Source: an uncultured virus (IMG/VR IMGVR_UViG_3300044859_000256) (lineage: Duplodnaviria; Heunggongvirae; Uroviricota; Caudoviricetes). Taken from it: a stretch of DNA of 26,321 nucleotides. Shown here piece by piece: positions 15,701 to 23,972 of this stretch (positions are counted from its first letter, which is position 1; the number at the start of each line of letters is the position of its first letter). The stretch lies in IMG/VR virus record IMGVR_UViG_3300044859_000256, one strand, 5' to 3'. The notes under the pieces were generated by a model. The model was not told where the DNA came from and did no database searches. It saw nothing but the letters and a program-made list of their open reading frames with translations. The translations under genes were made by a program, and so were the position numbers.

Positions 15701-17975
15701 GTTCAGCCTTCCTTGATGGATTAGCTACGATCTCTCGCGCTGTTCCCAGCAAGCTGACTGCAGCCTTTTCAGCTGCATCATTCTTGGCTGCTGAAGAGAT
15801 CACGGTAGATCTAGCATCAGCTACATGTTCCGTAATAGTCTTAACAGGTTTCTTGACACCACCAAGACTATCACTGAGAGCCTTACGCTCTGGCTTGGAT
15901 AGAGACTTAGTGTATTGTTTAATCATACTACGCCGCTGCGACTCCATAATCGCATAGGCTTTCTCACGAGCAGGGGTTAACTTACCTGCTTCCTTTTCCT
16001 TAAGTCTGGTTGTATTCAGATGTTCTTCGGATGCATAAAGAATCCGAAGTCTATCTGTAGTTCCCATGTCACCAAAGGTATCACCCGTCCCAGTAAGGGA
16101 AGCGCGTTCTTTAACCGCATCCCCCGCTGAGTTCTTACGGGATATCTCAGTAACAAACTCAATGATGTTGCTGAGAGTACCATTAGCACCTGTGCGTTCA
16201 GCATAGGCTTGTCTGGTTTCGTTATCCAACCGTCTGGTCATAGGGACATCAGGGGTTGCTCTAGCGGCATCAGGAGTTACTGCAGCACGAGCATCAGCTC
16301 TATTGACTGCAGTCTGGGTTTCATTACTCAGCTGCTGTGCTGATGGCTTTACACCCTCTAGCTCGGCTTCGGTAATGATCTTCTCATGGAGGGGCAGATC
16401 AACTGCTACATCCTTACGACTTAACTTGCCTTTGTAGAATCCCAGAGCCTCACCAAGGCGTGTACCTTCATAGGTAAAGCGTTTGTCTCCGGTCATACGA
16501 ACTACAGATTCCCCCAGAGGGGCAACATTGACACCCCTGAGTTTGTTTAAAAAAGCCCCAGCCGTACTGCCCATAACTCCGGGTGCTAAACCAAAACCTA
16601 AGAAGCCGATTGCAAAGCCTTCACCACCAGCCCAGCCAATGCTTGAAAGATCATAATCCTTCTGCATTTCTGGGTCCGCAAAAAGAAGAGCATTACTATA
16701 AGCAATTTGTTTCTCTTGTCTGGTAGCCTCTTGTAAGGCTGCACCAACTCCGAATATTGAACCAGTTAAAGTATAAGTACCAAGCATGCCAAGATTCTTA
16801 GCATAGGTTGGGCTTAGTCCAAGGGGAAGTTTAGCAATTGTTGAAGCAACATTACGAGCTGCTCTAAAAACAGCAAAGCCTGTGCTTGCAACAGCAACCG
16901 TAGGGGCTGCATATGCTGTAGCAACCAAATTAAAACCACCAGTAGCAACTGTGGCTGCAACTTCTAAAGCAATAAATGGAACGGTATCCGAAGAATTTAG
17001 AATACCACCAACCAAATTATCTGCTATTAATCTCCCACTATCAAAATAACCGGGAGCATATGCTTCAATTCTTTTTTGCGTATCACTCTTAAAGATGATC
17101 TCACCAATTCTAAAGTTAGCTTCATCTTCATTGAGTGCTGTTCTAATTGTATTTGATGAGATACCATTTTCAATAAAACCCTGCTTGACAGTAGGATCTA
17201 AATTACTCCACCATATAGCAGGATCAAAAGTTAAATCAACTCGGTTACGAATCTTTAGAATATCATCAATGCCTCTAGCAATCTTAGTATTCTTAGTAGG
17301 ATTATAAGCTGCATTGTATCCATCATATAAAGCACCTGCGGCTCCATAAGTATAAGCATTTAGAATCTTACCATAGACTTCTGCTTGTGAGCGGAAGGCA
17401 TCAACCATAGAGAAACCAAGATCCGTTTTAGTAACCTCGCTTGCTTTTGCATAGGCAAGCTGGTACATCATAGCATTCACTCTTTTTTGTGTTGGAGTAG
17501 GATTCTCAGGATCTTGTGGTTCTTGTTTAGCAATAGGTAACAACTTGGAAAGTATGGAGCGGAGATTATCTTGTACTTCAGGAGTTAACTGACTGGCTCC
17601 AAACTCTGCCGGAGCTAAAGGATCATCTTTCTGACCCATTAGAATACCACGCTGGAATGCACCAAATGAATAGTCTTGGAACTCATTAGGTCCCATACCT
17701 ATATACTGAGCAATCTTTTGGGCATAGCCCTGTGCGCCACCTGTGCTAATAGATTCTGCTTGTGTCAGCGCATATAAATTGTTATAGGTATCTTTTTGAG
17801 TGTTAGGCTGTGGTCCCCAAAAACCTGGTTCATGCATTCTTGCAACATCAACATAGTTAGGAGCACCCTGATAAGCCATCAGGAATTGATTACCAGTTGT
17901 GTAGTATTGTGGTTGCAGTCTCGGTGTTTCTGGTGTCTCCGGTACTATAGGAAAGTTGTTAGTGTAATTAATCAT
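6753..17975 (-). CDS. giant polyvalent internal virion (ejection) protein with zincin peptidase, tandem ADP-ribosyltransferase and HTH modules
   Basis: 3740-aa ORF with an AGAAAGGA SD. Last of four size-ascending genes after terL. Gly/Ala-rich hydrophobic segments near both termini, HEIGH motif, two YHGT ART modules. Confidence 0.85.
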   Translation of the reverse strand: MINYTNNFPIVPETPETPRLQPQYYTTGNQFLMAYQGAPNYVDVARMHEPGFWGPQPNTQKDTYNNLYALTQAESISTGGAQGYAQKIAQYIGMGPNEFQDYSFGAFQRGILMGQKDDPLAPAEFGASQLTPEVQDNLRSILSKLLPIAKQEPQDPENPTPTQKRVNAMMYQLAYAKASEVTKTDLGFSMVDAFRSQAEVYGKILNAYTYGAAGALYDGYNAAYNPTKNTKIARGIDDILKIRNRVDLTFDPAIWWSNLDPTVKQGFIENGISSNTIRTALNEDEANFRIGEIIFKSDTQKRIEAYAPGYFDSGRLIADNLVGGILNSSDTVPFIALEVAATVATGGFNLVATAYAAPTVAVASTGFAVFRAARNVASTIAKLPLGLSPTYAKNLGMLGTYTLTGSIFGVGAALQEATRQEKQIAYSNALLFADPEMQKDYDLSSIGWAGGEGFAIGFLGFGLAPGVMGSTAGAFLNKLRGVNVAPLGESVVRMTGDKRFTYEGTRLGEALGFYKGKLSRKDVAVDLPLHEKIITEAELEGVKPSAQQLSNETQTAVNRADARAAVTPDAARATPDVPMTRRLDNETRQAYAERTGANGTLSNIIEFVTEISRKNSAGDAVKERASLTGTGDTFGDMGTTDRLRILYASEEHLNTTRLKEKEAGKLTPAREKAYAIMESQRRSMIKQYTKSLSKPERKALSDSLGGVKKPVKTITEHVADARSTVISSAAKNDAAEKAAVSLLGTAREIVANPSRKAELRADLPKEVLDILDAAITEVAITGTVSPSTVEALKADISGVARKPSNRLTNSIKEALKIKKLNPKRMALINALKDDINKFSSLVSGNQVNAEKFFQFTNDLVENEIINEIDQAILLASVVHLNFDSKAFAVDFKIEPILDVDGNIEYTTIGAYSAANKTIVMNSLWIGNDSERRAITVLHEIGHAYFQSSATADIYVDNLKMYNSLTRNYGPSLLNLDVANMSDPLLSANFLSVYHLQNAEEVFVQSFSKILFTEAQLAVSQMAPIEVSSFRSIINSMEQGIILAASMFDTSDHYTVVNGLINRLTEMDTAASKAISVPDLSRAYAAAVNAQTVSSDIAPNVFNTFVKDWMIKNLPEHSPEVVKRAMLTSGEYNLIMRGERDPSLIVALTILKSNGRQAIDMKGNPTVYMKDLVDVYSTYKQTQFGSMLIKTAFLLTTPDYAQLVGMSKKDRIKFMQRRLFSMGAESFESVQGGVETILAATYEDRGLAQMQATNYLDPLNKPSRYSHTFWGTKATSLIELLDKSVEGTAKNSLSETDRLALLEQVRNDPYLNQPLMHTLKDYYKNNGFADIAHLVTLVHHKHYIDTLKAEGVFDTEGLNRSYIEEVTSTPEFKKFFGDSKAVDENGKPIIVYHGTTTLVDFNKFKLGGGMFGSGVYTTTNPSTANNFALVNPRQPNAPTGARLFPLFISIVNPLILDYSKEPKRILQEVYKLLKEKNLTEEYNALKEATRLGNMADGETVQTIFNTSLAKAVAALGYDGYQIKMAEGNTYWIALKVEQVKSVYNEGTFNKLDPDIRRDIDAGVDNNQTRKAFLERVKETPEFKIYFDGSKVVDENGNPLIMYHGTRSGGYDQFKLPENPEFGLFGPGYYFTANPSIASEYAVKPGTRPSKGASIYPVYLSIKNPIDMDAPFDRNLWSSVVSNYRISPELREKLTDGLKYNGDLLAQIERQIETTRKEFLGLPLGSEGMITAKGLVLEPTSYTKQFDTNESAFRQLEDNIISYVEDGDDYVSAIVMDLFKQSPIDGITHMGGGRVKADSVRHRVWIAFEQPQIKSTSNRGTFSVTDPIITRDMDLPIWSSKDIAIDSIAAFLSNKDITHLSIPTLLKNIDAALIQKISDTPNMTPEKLLTGIHTMITSGSIVLNETSGKWELPSTKKPKKPSKAAKAAKTPRAKKAVAAKEAKVKEAATLAAISDGSEELTVDNLDDVVIRLFTEGKLTDEELGPLYENRPYLIKRIEAGKLPSVKHLLRLAGTIKRRDFLSEQRKGKAGKKDQQGETAEGILKEGSVPSKNAGVFVPTTDKEFSAIMFDRALTWNNLTNNTLLTPEEVTLAKALLLVESDKELASKSAELLGKKVEDRTIGNRRNALYNKMVAIGKAIEYDPKARLVETQDSLLAHVKQMDQVVTKAVEKPESVKAIVKQAEAAPTPKQVSNPIDAGSRLLEKQALAARSKKTDASPVMTPVTKVEEGTLFRATSEVTGNVPEAVLRPEKQVDAIIENSDVSTKEAVSFVPKKPLTMTMTAAEFMANEVKMASTMKVADRMGVDALVFSDGVVMPIQADASVVVKGVTETKVKAGVPSVTKIKVKKGVPIKTVTAAVEPPKVEVVEPTTTPAPAVAPVEDLPSTPVPLAASEGAPVRVTKTGGIAPPAPRKTVSDVVKTTETERIERVVNDDKDLLRDNGMDQGFLKLFLKNYWTRMKNIDKAVDTYSPTLLSLWTKFVTINKAIVEANRAVFGDEGISKFWIAVDKLRAENVQKLATVPGFKSLSERQLMVLAAKEVGDAYMPPILLDELNIVKSSEDATAFTLVAKESKTPRKKVSDATKAESPVPVPPEPTPAPAPKAGEEVPVTPETIPLEPIKETPRGDMGRIINTATKDSEQSTSVLLRQGSLIGAIFGGSERASRNWWRAMNSWMANATQAASQTGKTIRNLQKNIRFLSRLFEDNRAQSGHLVGAGKEAFRTARQCKSDEARMITRIARQQLLLNKKLKDSGLALDKVRAVGVLSYTKLSEGTIIAPADLVALGLSPDLAKSIAVEANSLLQITRQTNQTILGLQNETGLFNSNAADGTPFDPMKYAPVQLNHESFSAMSPTDRALFVAGLVKARRTRKLKSPILDINTLIVLGWLDVAPSKEARGTALFAGKRDFRPGESTQSFSPETLAGLKISEHPITVGEKGVLATLANGSDSQNYFVLTNDKSGVITLYRMPKVISELADADRVRYIEAVNGNKSLYTQRWQDYLKGRELIEVEMNEMLDYKTKKGAYSEYQRNTGTNIDRPLMVVDQAAETALAVPGLIPEEVLSDPVILKHIRTNLAESYNYFMNGRVFELIFQRELDRLMGSRNVRITDVFPHVASEARRDIEAIAKAENWTPGQLAARLQDVTEGIQRLKDEYASNADTLPMLPYQDQAAARSLLALMKIKVASGYYLGAMTELIMETLKSNPLHLPGNLISTLRFVVGDFRVSKNSLMNNSELGDMIFGLENIKYEFSSRFLGEANQGAFELDSTIGSKIKGKFINPRPATGLVDRGVRVLESGARVAETIGSLQAITNITRSMAKVRLQRMIYGHIKKGRIQKLLVALEDPAMMKLMQDYMAAAETSAGAENQLRKQFYALARKTGFGFNPKEALVFMKYGLNSVEKIKHLEYLIKKVDKKGEGRVNLHNMVDVYWHATTHPVAGIKPEVLEQVISSYGLALEDLIVKTSTPEPIGLGRVTTIDSKTPLGKLWYALSSYIRGFQDNVILDYGSRDTLRYLAANIVLYGTLDATIGLLREWLAGRDGEDILEEFSDNPHAFAVRVAKSAPIMGMWSGALEAGLSGLSYMSGGTWKYYGSPMQSIGMGAATGAVESIGRGVSEVVEGVTGDEEVDYMKVAKGVGDITSVNSLLNRSPIAVAARSLEVSGALEEKGTLQTYMNMIHKNPHPYAKSQGRKQSSSQSLPPIPKVAPRNFELEAQALKKARAAQAGVRYEDMSKGVSGSLGDLLDNAQ
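11580..11740 (-). other. sigma70 region 4 / LuxR-like helix-turn-helix within the giant protein
   Basis: LTPEEVTLAKALLLVESDKELA...LLG...RTIGNRRNALYNKM (from about aa 2082). Confidence 0.5.
12480..13255 (-). other. ART-PolyVal-type ADP-ribosyltransferase domain, copy 2
   Basis: FKIYFDGSKVVDENGNPLIMYHGT, FGPGYYFT, ASEYA, IYPVYLSIKNP, IDGI, QIKS..NRGTF...DP.I (His about aa 1602). Confidence 0.85.
13305..13885 (-). other. ART-PolyVal-type ADP-ribosyltransferase domain, copy 1
   Basis: FKKFFGDSKAVDENGKPIIVYHGT, FGSGVYTT, LFPLFISIVNPL, GYDG, QVKS..NEGTF...DPDI (His about aa 1392). Confidence 0.85.
14900..15330 (-). other. zincin-like metallopeptidase domain within the giant protein
   Basis: GAY.....I.M...TVLHEIGH (15150-15164, about aa 938), with downstream EEVF as candidate third zinc ligand. 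Confidence 0.75.
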
Positions 17976-18012
17976 TCATATCCTTTCTGGGGGCAATGCG
18001 CCATAAAGAGGA

Positions 18013-21000
18013 TTACTTTGCTAGCAATCGTTTTGTAAATGTTTTAAGCCAGAGATCATCTGGTGTATATTTAGTTGTTCTACTCTGTGGAAGTAACCAG
18101 TGCATTAAGAAGTCTTGTCGAAGATCTATAAATTCCCTAGGATCTTTTAACTTCATTTCAAATTCTTTTGTAGCTTCTTGTCTCTTTTTATTACGCTCTT
18201 GCGGATCATAGTCTGCTTCATTAAGAACTGATTTAACTTGACTCTCTTGATAAGAATCCCAAGCCTTTAATGCTGTCTCTCTCCATTGTTTTTCTACTTC
18301 GGGATCTAAAAGGAACGAAGAAGAATCTAGAGCAGCAATGGTTTGATTGACGGTCATGTATTTCTTTGAACCAAGTCGATCTTTTATTAGTCTATCTTTT
18401 TTTAAAGCGGTTCTAATTTGGTATTCAAAAGCAGCTGGCTCCCATTTTTTTGCTACAAAATCAACCATAATTTTCATGTAAGAATCTTTAGTAATACCAT
18501 ACATGGGTTGTTCATTCCCATCTAGAATTTCTTGAATAACTCTACCAGACATTTGTTTATCAAATGCTGTTAAAATAAAGTTTGATGCATCTCGTGGAAG
18601 TTTAGTGTCTTCATCGCGTGTTCTTAAAATAGCTATTGGATCACCAACAGTTTCAGCTAACACAACTTCCATACTATCTTGGTCAGCCACTTCTTTTAAT
18701 TTAGCAGTTTTTAATACATCTGCCTGTTTATCCTCAGTTACTTTTTCCCAATAAGCATCGCTAATAGCATTGCCAAGTTGTTCTCTAATAACTTCAGGAT
18801 CTGTTTTAAGATTTTTATTTCTATAGCGAGAATTACCCGGAAGTGCATACTCTGCTGGAAGATCAGACCATTCCTTTGGTAGTTCACCTGTATCAAAATA
18901 CAGACCAGTGAAATCATAGGTCTTCATTTCAAGAAGACTAGCAGGAGAATTTAAACCAACCAAACGGTTGTTATCCATAAACTCTATAAAGGATTTTTTA
19001 AAGCCAGAAACTTTTGATGAAGGAAGAATTGTTTGCTTTTGAATAGATGCCTCAATTGGCATACTAACACCACGACCAATCATTTCTAAACTGGTTTGTT
19101 TAGCAGCTTCTTTGTTTTTATTATCTGTTAAGATAGAACCAAAGACGCTGTTGAATCGTGCAGTATAAGCAGCTTCATCTTCATTAGGCTTACGCCCCTC
19201 AAAGTAAGGCTCCATTTCTGTAGTATCAACATCTTCTCCAGCACGATAGACATAGAATACATTGCTATCTTTTTGCTTCCAAATATTACTACCACCACGG
19301 GCTGAGCTATCCATATTACGAACAAACCTATCTGAGTTTGGTCGGTATAGTGACATACCCGCAGCTGGACCAACCTGAACTACTGAATCACCTTCGTGAA
19401 TTGGCATAGCAGGAGCACCTGATGCTACAGATCTCTTATAAGCATTTTCTGCAGCATCCTCCATAAAGTCTGATTGGTCTTGTCTGTTTTCTACTTTAGC
19501 TACGGCAACGCCGAGAGTATAAGACACAAAATCAGCAACAGTTTTAAGACCTTTTTTCTTTGCGTCTTCTAACATTACGCCAAAGTTCTCTTGACTAAAA
19601 ACAGCAGTCTTTTTTTCTCCAGTAATATCGTTCTGTAGTAGATACTTGATTTGTTTGAGGCGAGGATCAGCTTCAACAATAGCCATAATTTTATCAGCAT
19701 TAACAAGAAAGACAGTGCTTGCAGAATCTGCAGTCAGATCTGCTATTGAAATATCTTCTTGATTAGCAAACATTCTAGCAACAGCGTTTACGGCTTGAGG
19801 CTCTGCTTGTCTCATAATAAGACCTATATCTTGTGGAAGTATTCCTGCTGCTTCACTGCTAGAAACAATCGTATAAGAGGGAGTGTTAGTTGTTCTATAG
19901 CTTTCTATGTTTTCTAATGTCTGACGATATGCATCTCCCTTGTCTCTTGATGCGGGTACTCTCAATATAGGAGTGCCATCATTTTTACGGGGGGTAAACA
20001 CACCATTGGAATCAACCTGAGAAGCAGGAGCAAGATATGGAAGTACATCTATATCACCCATCATAATCCTTCGGTATCCAAGAGGAAGACCGCCAGCTGA
20101 TGAAGTCATAAAGCCTTGATCTCTTGGACTCACACTATATTCCATTCCCCATTGTGACATTGGTGGAATCTTTGCATAACCCTTTTTGACTGCTGCTAGT
20201 TGTGCGGCAAAGTCTGCTTCTGCTGTTGCTCCTACTACTGGAACATATCCATTGAGTTTCATTACGGCAGCACTACAAGCAACGGCAAGTCTACCCTGCT
20301 CACCCACTGGAATAACTCTAGAAACTTGTGTTCTATCTGTTAGACTAGTTGGTTGATTAACAGCCATATTATCTAAAAAAGATGTATAGAGTCGTTCATT
20401 CAAATCAGGGACTAAACCCTTTGCAGTTTTAATTGCTGAGTCTCTAACACCCGTTGGGTTGGTTACATCATCGGTGCTATATGTACTTGCAAAGTGTGTA
20501 TCAAGTATGGCGGTCTTTGTTCCTTCTTGCTTAAGAGTATTTGTCCAAGATAAATCTGGACTGTCGGTAGAAACCATACTACCATCAGCACCTTTTACAG
20601 CGGTGATACCACGGTGGTTTGCAAGTGTCTTATTGAAAGTATCAGTAAACTTAGCAACCTTATCTGAATCTAATTCTCCACCCTTACCAGCTACCACAAA
20701 CTGACCTCTGTTAGCTTCAACATAAGCTATAGCTCGTAAAGAAGTTGCAAGGAGTTGGGGGTTGTTTTTTAAAACACGGACAAGACTTTCAGGTCCACCC
20801 GCATCCTTTACAGTATCCCCATTTTGTTCTATTAGTAAATCTTTAAGTTGTTCGTCATTTAAACCCAATGCCTGTCCGACAATACGCCGAACTACACTAT
20901 TTGAGTATGTAAATAAATCAGCTTTAGTTGCAGCACCCTTTACATAAGGACTATATTGTTGGGTGTAACCTAAAATTTCATTAGCTACACCAATATCTGC

Positions 21001-22227
21001 TGCGGTTATGCTTTTTAATTCTGATAGAGTCTGCATTGTGCCGCCCTTTTGAACAGCATCTCTAAGGATTACAGCCATGCCAACATCTTCTTCATTCAAG
21101 CCTATTTGCTTTAGGTTTTCAGCTAGGGTTGAAACAGGAAGTTGATTAAACATCAGACCAGCACGAAGCATTGCTTGTGGCGATCTTGTAGCAAGGGGCT
21201 TATTAAATTCAGACTTAATAAAATCCGCGGAATCTGGAGCAAACATACCTTGATAAGATGCAGTAGCTGAGATATCTCTATATTGAGCAGAAGGATGAAA
21301 CTGAGCATAGTCAACAAGTTGCTTAGTCTCATTTTCATCTAACCCCTCTTGCCCTGCTGCAGGATTCCAGAGCCACTGACCAGTAGCTTGATCTAGGATT
21401 ACTAGTTGGTTACCAGCAGCATCTACTTTTGGTGTAAGTTTACCATCCTTTAGTTGTGTAAAGAAATAAGGTGTGTTAGTTGGATCAGTTGGAGAAGCTG
21501 GGGGATATTGAGATCCTACAGCATTCAATGGAGCAACACCAGCTAATACCATATTTGCAACATCACCAGCCTTATAAGGTACATTGCCATACTTTGTTTG
21601 CTTAGCATCAAACTCTTTCTTCTGCTTACCAATGTTATTGAATTGGGCATCAAACAAAAGCTTTGTTGCTGCAGCAGAGATATCTCTATCGGATGAACGA
21701 ACTCTTAAGGCGAGTTCTTGATACCTAGAGCCTAGGCTTTTAATGTCTAGCTTTTCATCCCAGTAATCAATAGCAGGTTCAAATAGACCACCCTTGTTAT
21801 TCTCTACGACATCTCTTGCCTTGTCATTCCACTCGGTTTTATATTCATTAATTCTTGAAATTAAGCTATCCATGATTGGCTGGTCTATTGCTATACCTTT
21901 AGCTCTAGCTTCAGCTTGCTTTGTATTGAGTTCAATATATGCATTATTTAGTTTAGTTGAATATACATCCTTAAGTTCTGCAATAGCATTACCCTTAGAT
22001 GAGATTAAATTATTAACTACAGCACCAAAGGTTTCATTAGCAATCTTAAAGCCATTCTCGCCTAATGCATACCAATCAATATCTGCACCTTCAACTCCAA
22101 TAGGTTGCTGTCCGAATTGGGTTTGGGTTTCTTTGTACATGTTGATGGACTCAGGCGGCACAAAGCCAGCCTTTGGTCCTTCTTCAAAGACGGTCTGTTG
22201 TAATGGATTAAGCTCAGGTGCTGGCAT
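18013..22227 (-). CDS. large putative internal virion protein (about 1404 aa)
   Basis: ATG start MPAP at 22227 after GGAG is preferred over the track's TTG. Assignment rests on position in the ejection-gene block; no catalytic motif recognised. Confidence 0.7.
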   Translation of the reverse strand: MPAPELNPLQQTVFEEGPKAGFVPPESINMYKETQTQFGQQPIGVEGADIDWYALGENGFKIANETFGAVVNNLISSKGNAIAELKDVYSTKLNNAYIELNTKQAEARAKGIAIDQPIMDSLISRINEYKTEWNDKARDVVENNKGGLFEPAIDYWDEKLDIKSLGSRYQELALRVRSSDRDISAAATKLLFDAQFNNIGKQKKEFDAKQTKYGNVPYKAGDVANMVLAGVAPLNAVGSQYPPASPTDPTNTPYFFTQLKDGKLTPKVDAAGNQLVILDQATGQWLWNPAAGQEGLDENETKQLVDYAQFHPSAQYRDISATASYQGMFAPDSADFIKSEFNKPLATRSPQAMLRAGLMFNQLPVSTLAENLKQIGLNEEDVGMAVILRDAVQKGGTMQTLSELKSITAADIGVANEILGYTQQYSPYVKGAATKADLFTYSNSVVRRIVGQALGLNDEQLKDLLIEQNGDTVKDAGGPESLVRVLKNNPQLLATSLRAIAYVEANRGQFVVAGKGGELDSDKVAKFTDTFNKTLANHRGITAVKGADGSMVSTDSPDLSWTNTLKQEGTKTAILDTHFASTYSTDDVTNPTGVRDSAIKTAKGLVPDLNERLYTSFLDNMAVNQPTSLTDRTQVSRVIPVGEQGRLAVACSAAVMKLNGYVPVVGATAEADFAAQLAAVKKGYAKIPPMSQWGMEYSVSPRDQGFMTSSAGGLPLGYRRIMMGDIDVLPYLAPASQVDSNGVFTPRKNDGTPILRVPASRDKGDAYRQTLENIESYRTTNTPSYTIVSSSEAAGILPQDIGLIMRQAEPQAVNAVARMFANQEDISIADLTADSASTVFLVNADKIMAIVEADPRLKQIKYLLQNDITGEKKTAVFSQENFGVMLEDAKKKGLKTVADFVSYTLGVAVAKVENRQDQSDFMEDAAENAYKRSVASGAPAMPIHEGDSVVQVGPAAGMSLYRPNSDRFVRNMDSSARGGSNIWKQKDSNVFYVYRAGEDVDTTEMEPYFEGRKPNEDEAAYTARFNSVFGSILTDNKNKEAAKQTSLEMIGRGVSMPIEASIQKQTILPSSKVSGFKKSFIEFMDNNRLVGLNSPASLLEMKTYDFTGLYFDTGELPKEWSDLPAEYALPGNSRYRNKNLKTDPEVIREQLGNAISDAYWEKVTEDKQADVLKTAKLKEVADQDSMEVVLAETVGDPIAILRTRDEDTKLPRDASNFILTAFDKQMSGRVIQEILDGNEQPMYGITKDSYMKIMVDFVAKKWEPAAFEYQIRTALKKDRLIKDRLGSKKYMTVNQTIAALDSSSFLLDPEVEKQWRETALKAWDSYQESQVKSVLNEADYDPQERNKKRQEATKEFEMKLKDPREFIDLRQDFLMHWLLPQSRTTKYTPDDLWLKTFTKRLLAK

Positions 22228-23263
22228 TGGTTGTATCTCCAAACATATTAGGGTACTTAGACATAGCTGTATAAATACTTTCGGTTAGTTCTTTTGTTGT
22301 TTTAATTCTACCAGCTGCAATCTCCCCACGAAGACCACGATATACTTGGTCTTTAGCGGAAGACTCTGGGTTAACTGCAAAGGCTTCATTCCATCTATCA
22401 ATGTTATAATGACCTGACTCTAAAAGCTTAGAGACTTCCATTGCAGATTGCTTCTCTTGTCTAGAGATAACACTGCGTTGGGAATAGATCTTATTCTCAA
22501 TGGCTTCCTTGATTGGCTGTGTTGCTGTGTCTTTAACTAAGACTTGCTCAGCAAACGAAGGAGCACCATAAGCATCATTTGGTAAAGCTTGCTTACGATC
22601 CTGTAGACCAAAGCTTGGGATAAAGGTTCCATTCTGATTGTAGATACCAATACGACCATTAACTACAGAGGCTACATCAAACAAGTTCATTTGTTCTAGC
22701 TTCATAAAGTCAGCGGAATGTTGATCAGTAGATACATCAGGGTCTAGTTCATTCTTCATAAGGAATTGATTAACCTTACCACTCAATGAATTGGAGTAGA
22801 CCTGACTAGCCTTACTGAAGTTAGCCGTAGCCACTACAGTTGATAGTTTAGCTAACTCCGGAGCGAGGGCTGATCTTGCCCACTCAGGGGAGTTAGCCAT
22901 ACGATCTCGTAGGAAAAACTCCTTACTGGAGACTCCACTAATATTGTTTAACTCAATGAGACTGGTGTTGATAAAGTCACTGACTGCCCCATCCTTACCA
23001 GATGGATGCATCTTCTCGTATTCTTTCCAGAAGTAATTTCTACTTGTGTTGGAAAGACTGTCGAGGGAATTATTATTCTTCCAGTAATTGAATCTGTTCT
23101 GTGCGTTAGTAGGATACATCTTAGTAGCTAACTCTGTGATCTGATTAATCTTAGCAATGTCTTGCTTGTCAATCATCTCTTCAGTGTTAACTGCATCAAC
23201 GGCATTGGTGTTTGTTTCAGTTGCAATCTTTTGCAATGAAGAGTATAAATCTTTTTTAGCCAT
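22214..23263 (-). CDS. putative internal virion / structural protein
   Basis: 349-aa ORF overlapping both neighbours. Function inferred from position only. Confidence 0.6.
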   Translation of the reverse strand: MAKKDLYSSLQKIATETNTNAVDAVNTEEMIDKQDIAKINQITELATKMYPTNAQNRFNYWKNNNSLDSLSNTSRNYFWKEYEKMHPSGKDGAVSDFINTSLIELNNISGVSSKEFFLRDRMANSPEWARSALAPELAKLSTVVATANFSKASQVYSNSLSGKVNQFLMKNELDPDVSTDQHSADFMKLEQMNLFDVASVVNGRIGIYNQNGTFIPSFGLQDRKQALPNDAYGAPSFAEQVLVKDTATQPIKEAIENKIYSQRSVISRQEKQSAMEVSKLLESGHYNIDRWNEAFAVNPESSAKDQVYRGLRGEIAAGRIKTTKELTESIYTAMSKYPNMFGDTTNAST

Positions 23264-23972
23264 TAGGTAATCCTAGTCTTCCTGCAAAAGGCATAAAGCT
23301 ACCACCACTACTTGGTGTAGTTCCGGGTTTAGTAGTATATTGAATACCTGCTTGAATACCAACAGATGCTCCCGACAGACCAGCCTGAATTAAACCAGTG
23401 GTTAATGCAGTTGAGGAGTTGTTAGCAATACCACCCTTAGATGGAATAAATACTCCAAGGTCTGGAGCAAAGGCATTGCCTCGCTGTCCTAGTCTTGTTT
23501 GCTGTTGTGTAATAATATCCTGATAGGCACTACGATGGTTTAGCTTAAGGGCTACCATGTTGCTACCTAAGGCTTCAATGTTTTGACGAAGCATAGCTCT
23601 AGCCGTTCCACTGTTTGCAGTGATACCACGGCTTGTCATTGAAGAAATGAACTGTGCATTGACCTGTGAGGTTTGCTTGCTTAGTGTACTCTTTTGATTT
23701 GAGAATGACTTGTCTAAATAGTACTCTGCTAATGCTCGTTCAGTTGCAGCACCCTTTTCAATCTGAGTACTACGCTGAAGATTGGCTTGAAACTCACGCA
23801 TAACATTTCTGTCTTGCGTTGCCTTTGCCCATTGGTTCTGAAAGTTTGCATTCCTTTGCTGGATTTCTGCTGCCTGTGCTGCTGCGTCAGCTTGGCTAGC
23901 TGAACCTAATGCACCCATAACACCTGAAGCCAAAGCCATTGCTCCCATTGCTCCTGCTGCTACTACTCCCAT
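23256..23972 (-). CDS. internal virion protein, T7 gp14-like pilot/ejection protein
   Basis: Gly/Ala-rich hydrophobic N-terminus, Q/A-rich coiled middle and a second Gly-rich segment at the C-terminus, the usual architecture of small ejection proteins. Confidence 0.75.
   Translation of the reverse strand: MGVVAAGAMGAMALASGVMGALGSASQADAAAQAAEIQQRNANFQNQWAKATQDRNVMREFQANLQRSTQIEKGAATERALAEYYLDKSFSNQKSTLSKQTSQVNAQFISSMTSRGITANSGTARAMLRQNIEALGSNMVALKLNHRSAYQDIITQQQTRLGQRGNAFAPDLGVFIPSKGGIANNSSTALTTGLIQAGLSGASVGIQAGIQYTTKPGTTPSSGGSFMPFAGRLGLPNG

Noticed and set aside
6753..17975. N4-like or crAss-like virion RNA polymerase, suggested by the protein's size
   Set aside because: I found no single-subunit RNAP motifs A/B/C and no DxDxD double-psi motif. 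The recognisable motifs are ART and peptidase.
9277..22288. Plus-strand and alternate-frame ORFs inside the large genes
   Set aside because: These are antisense or frame shadows of long minus-strand CDSs, with no SD or recognisable motifs.
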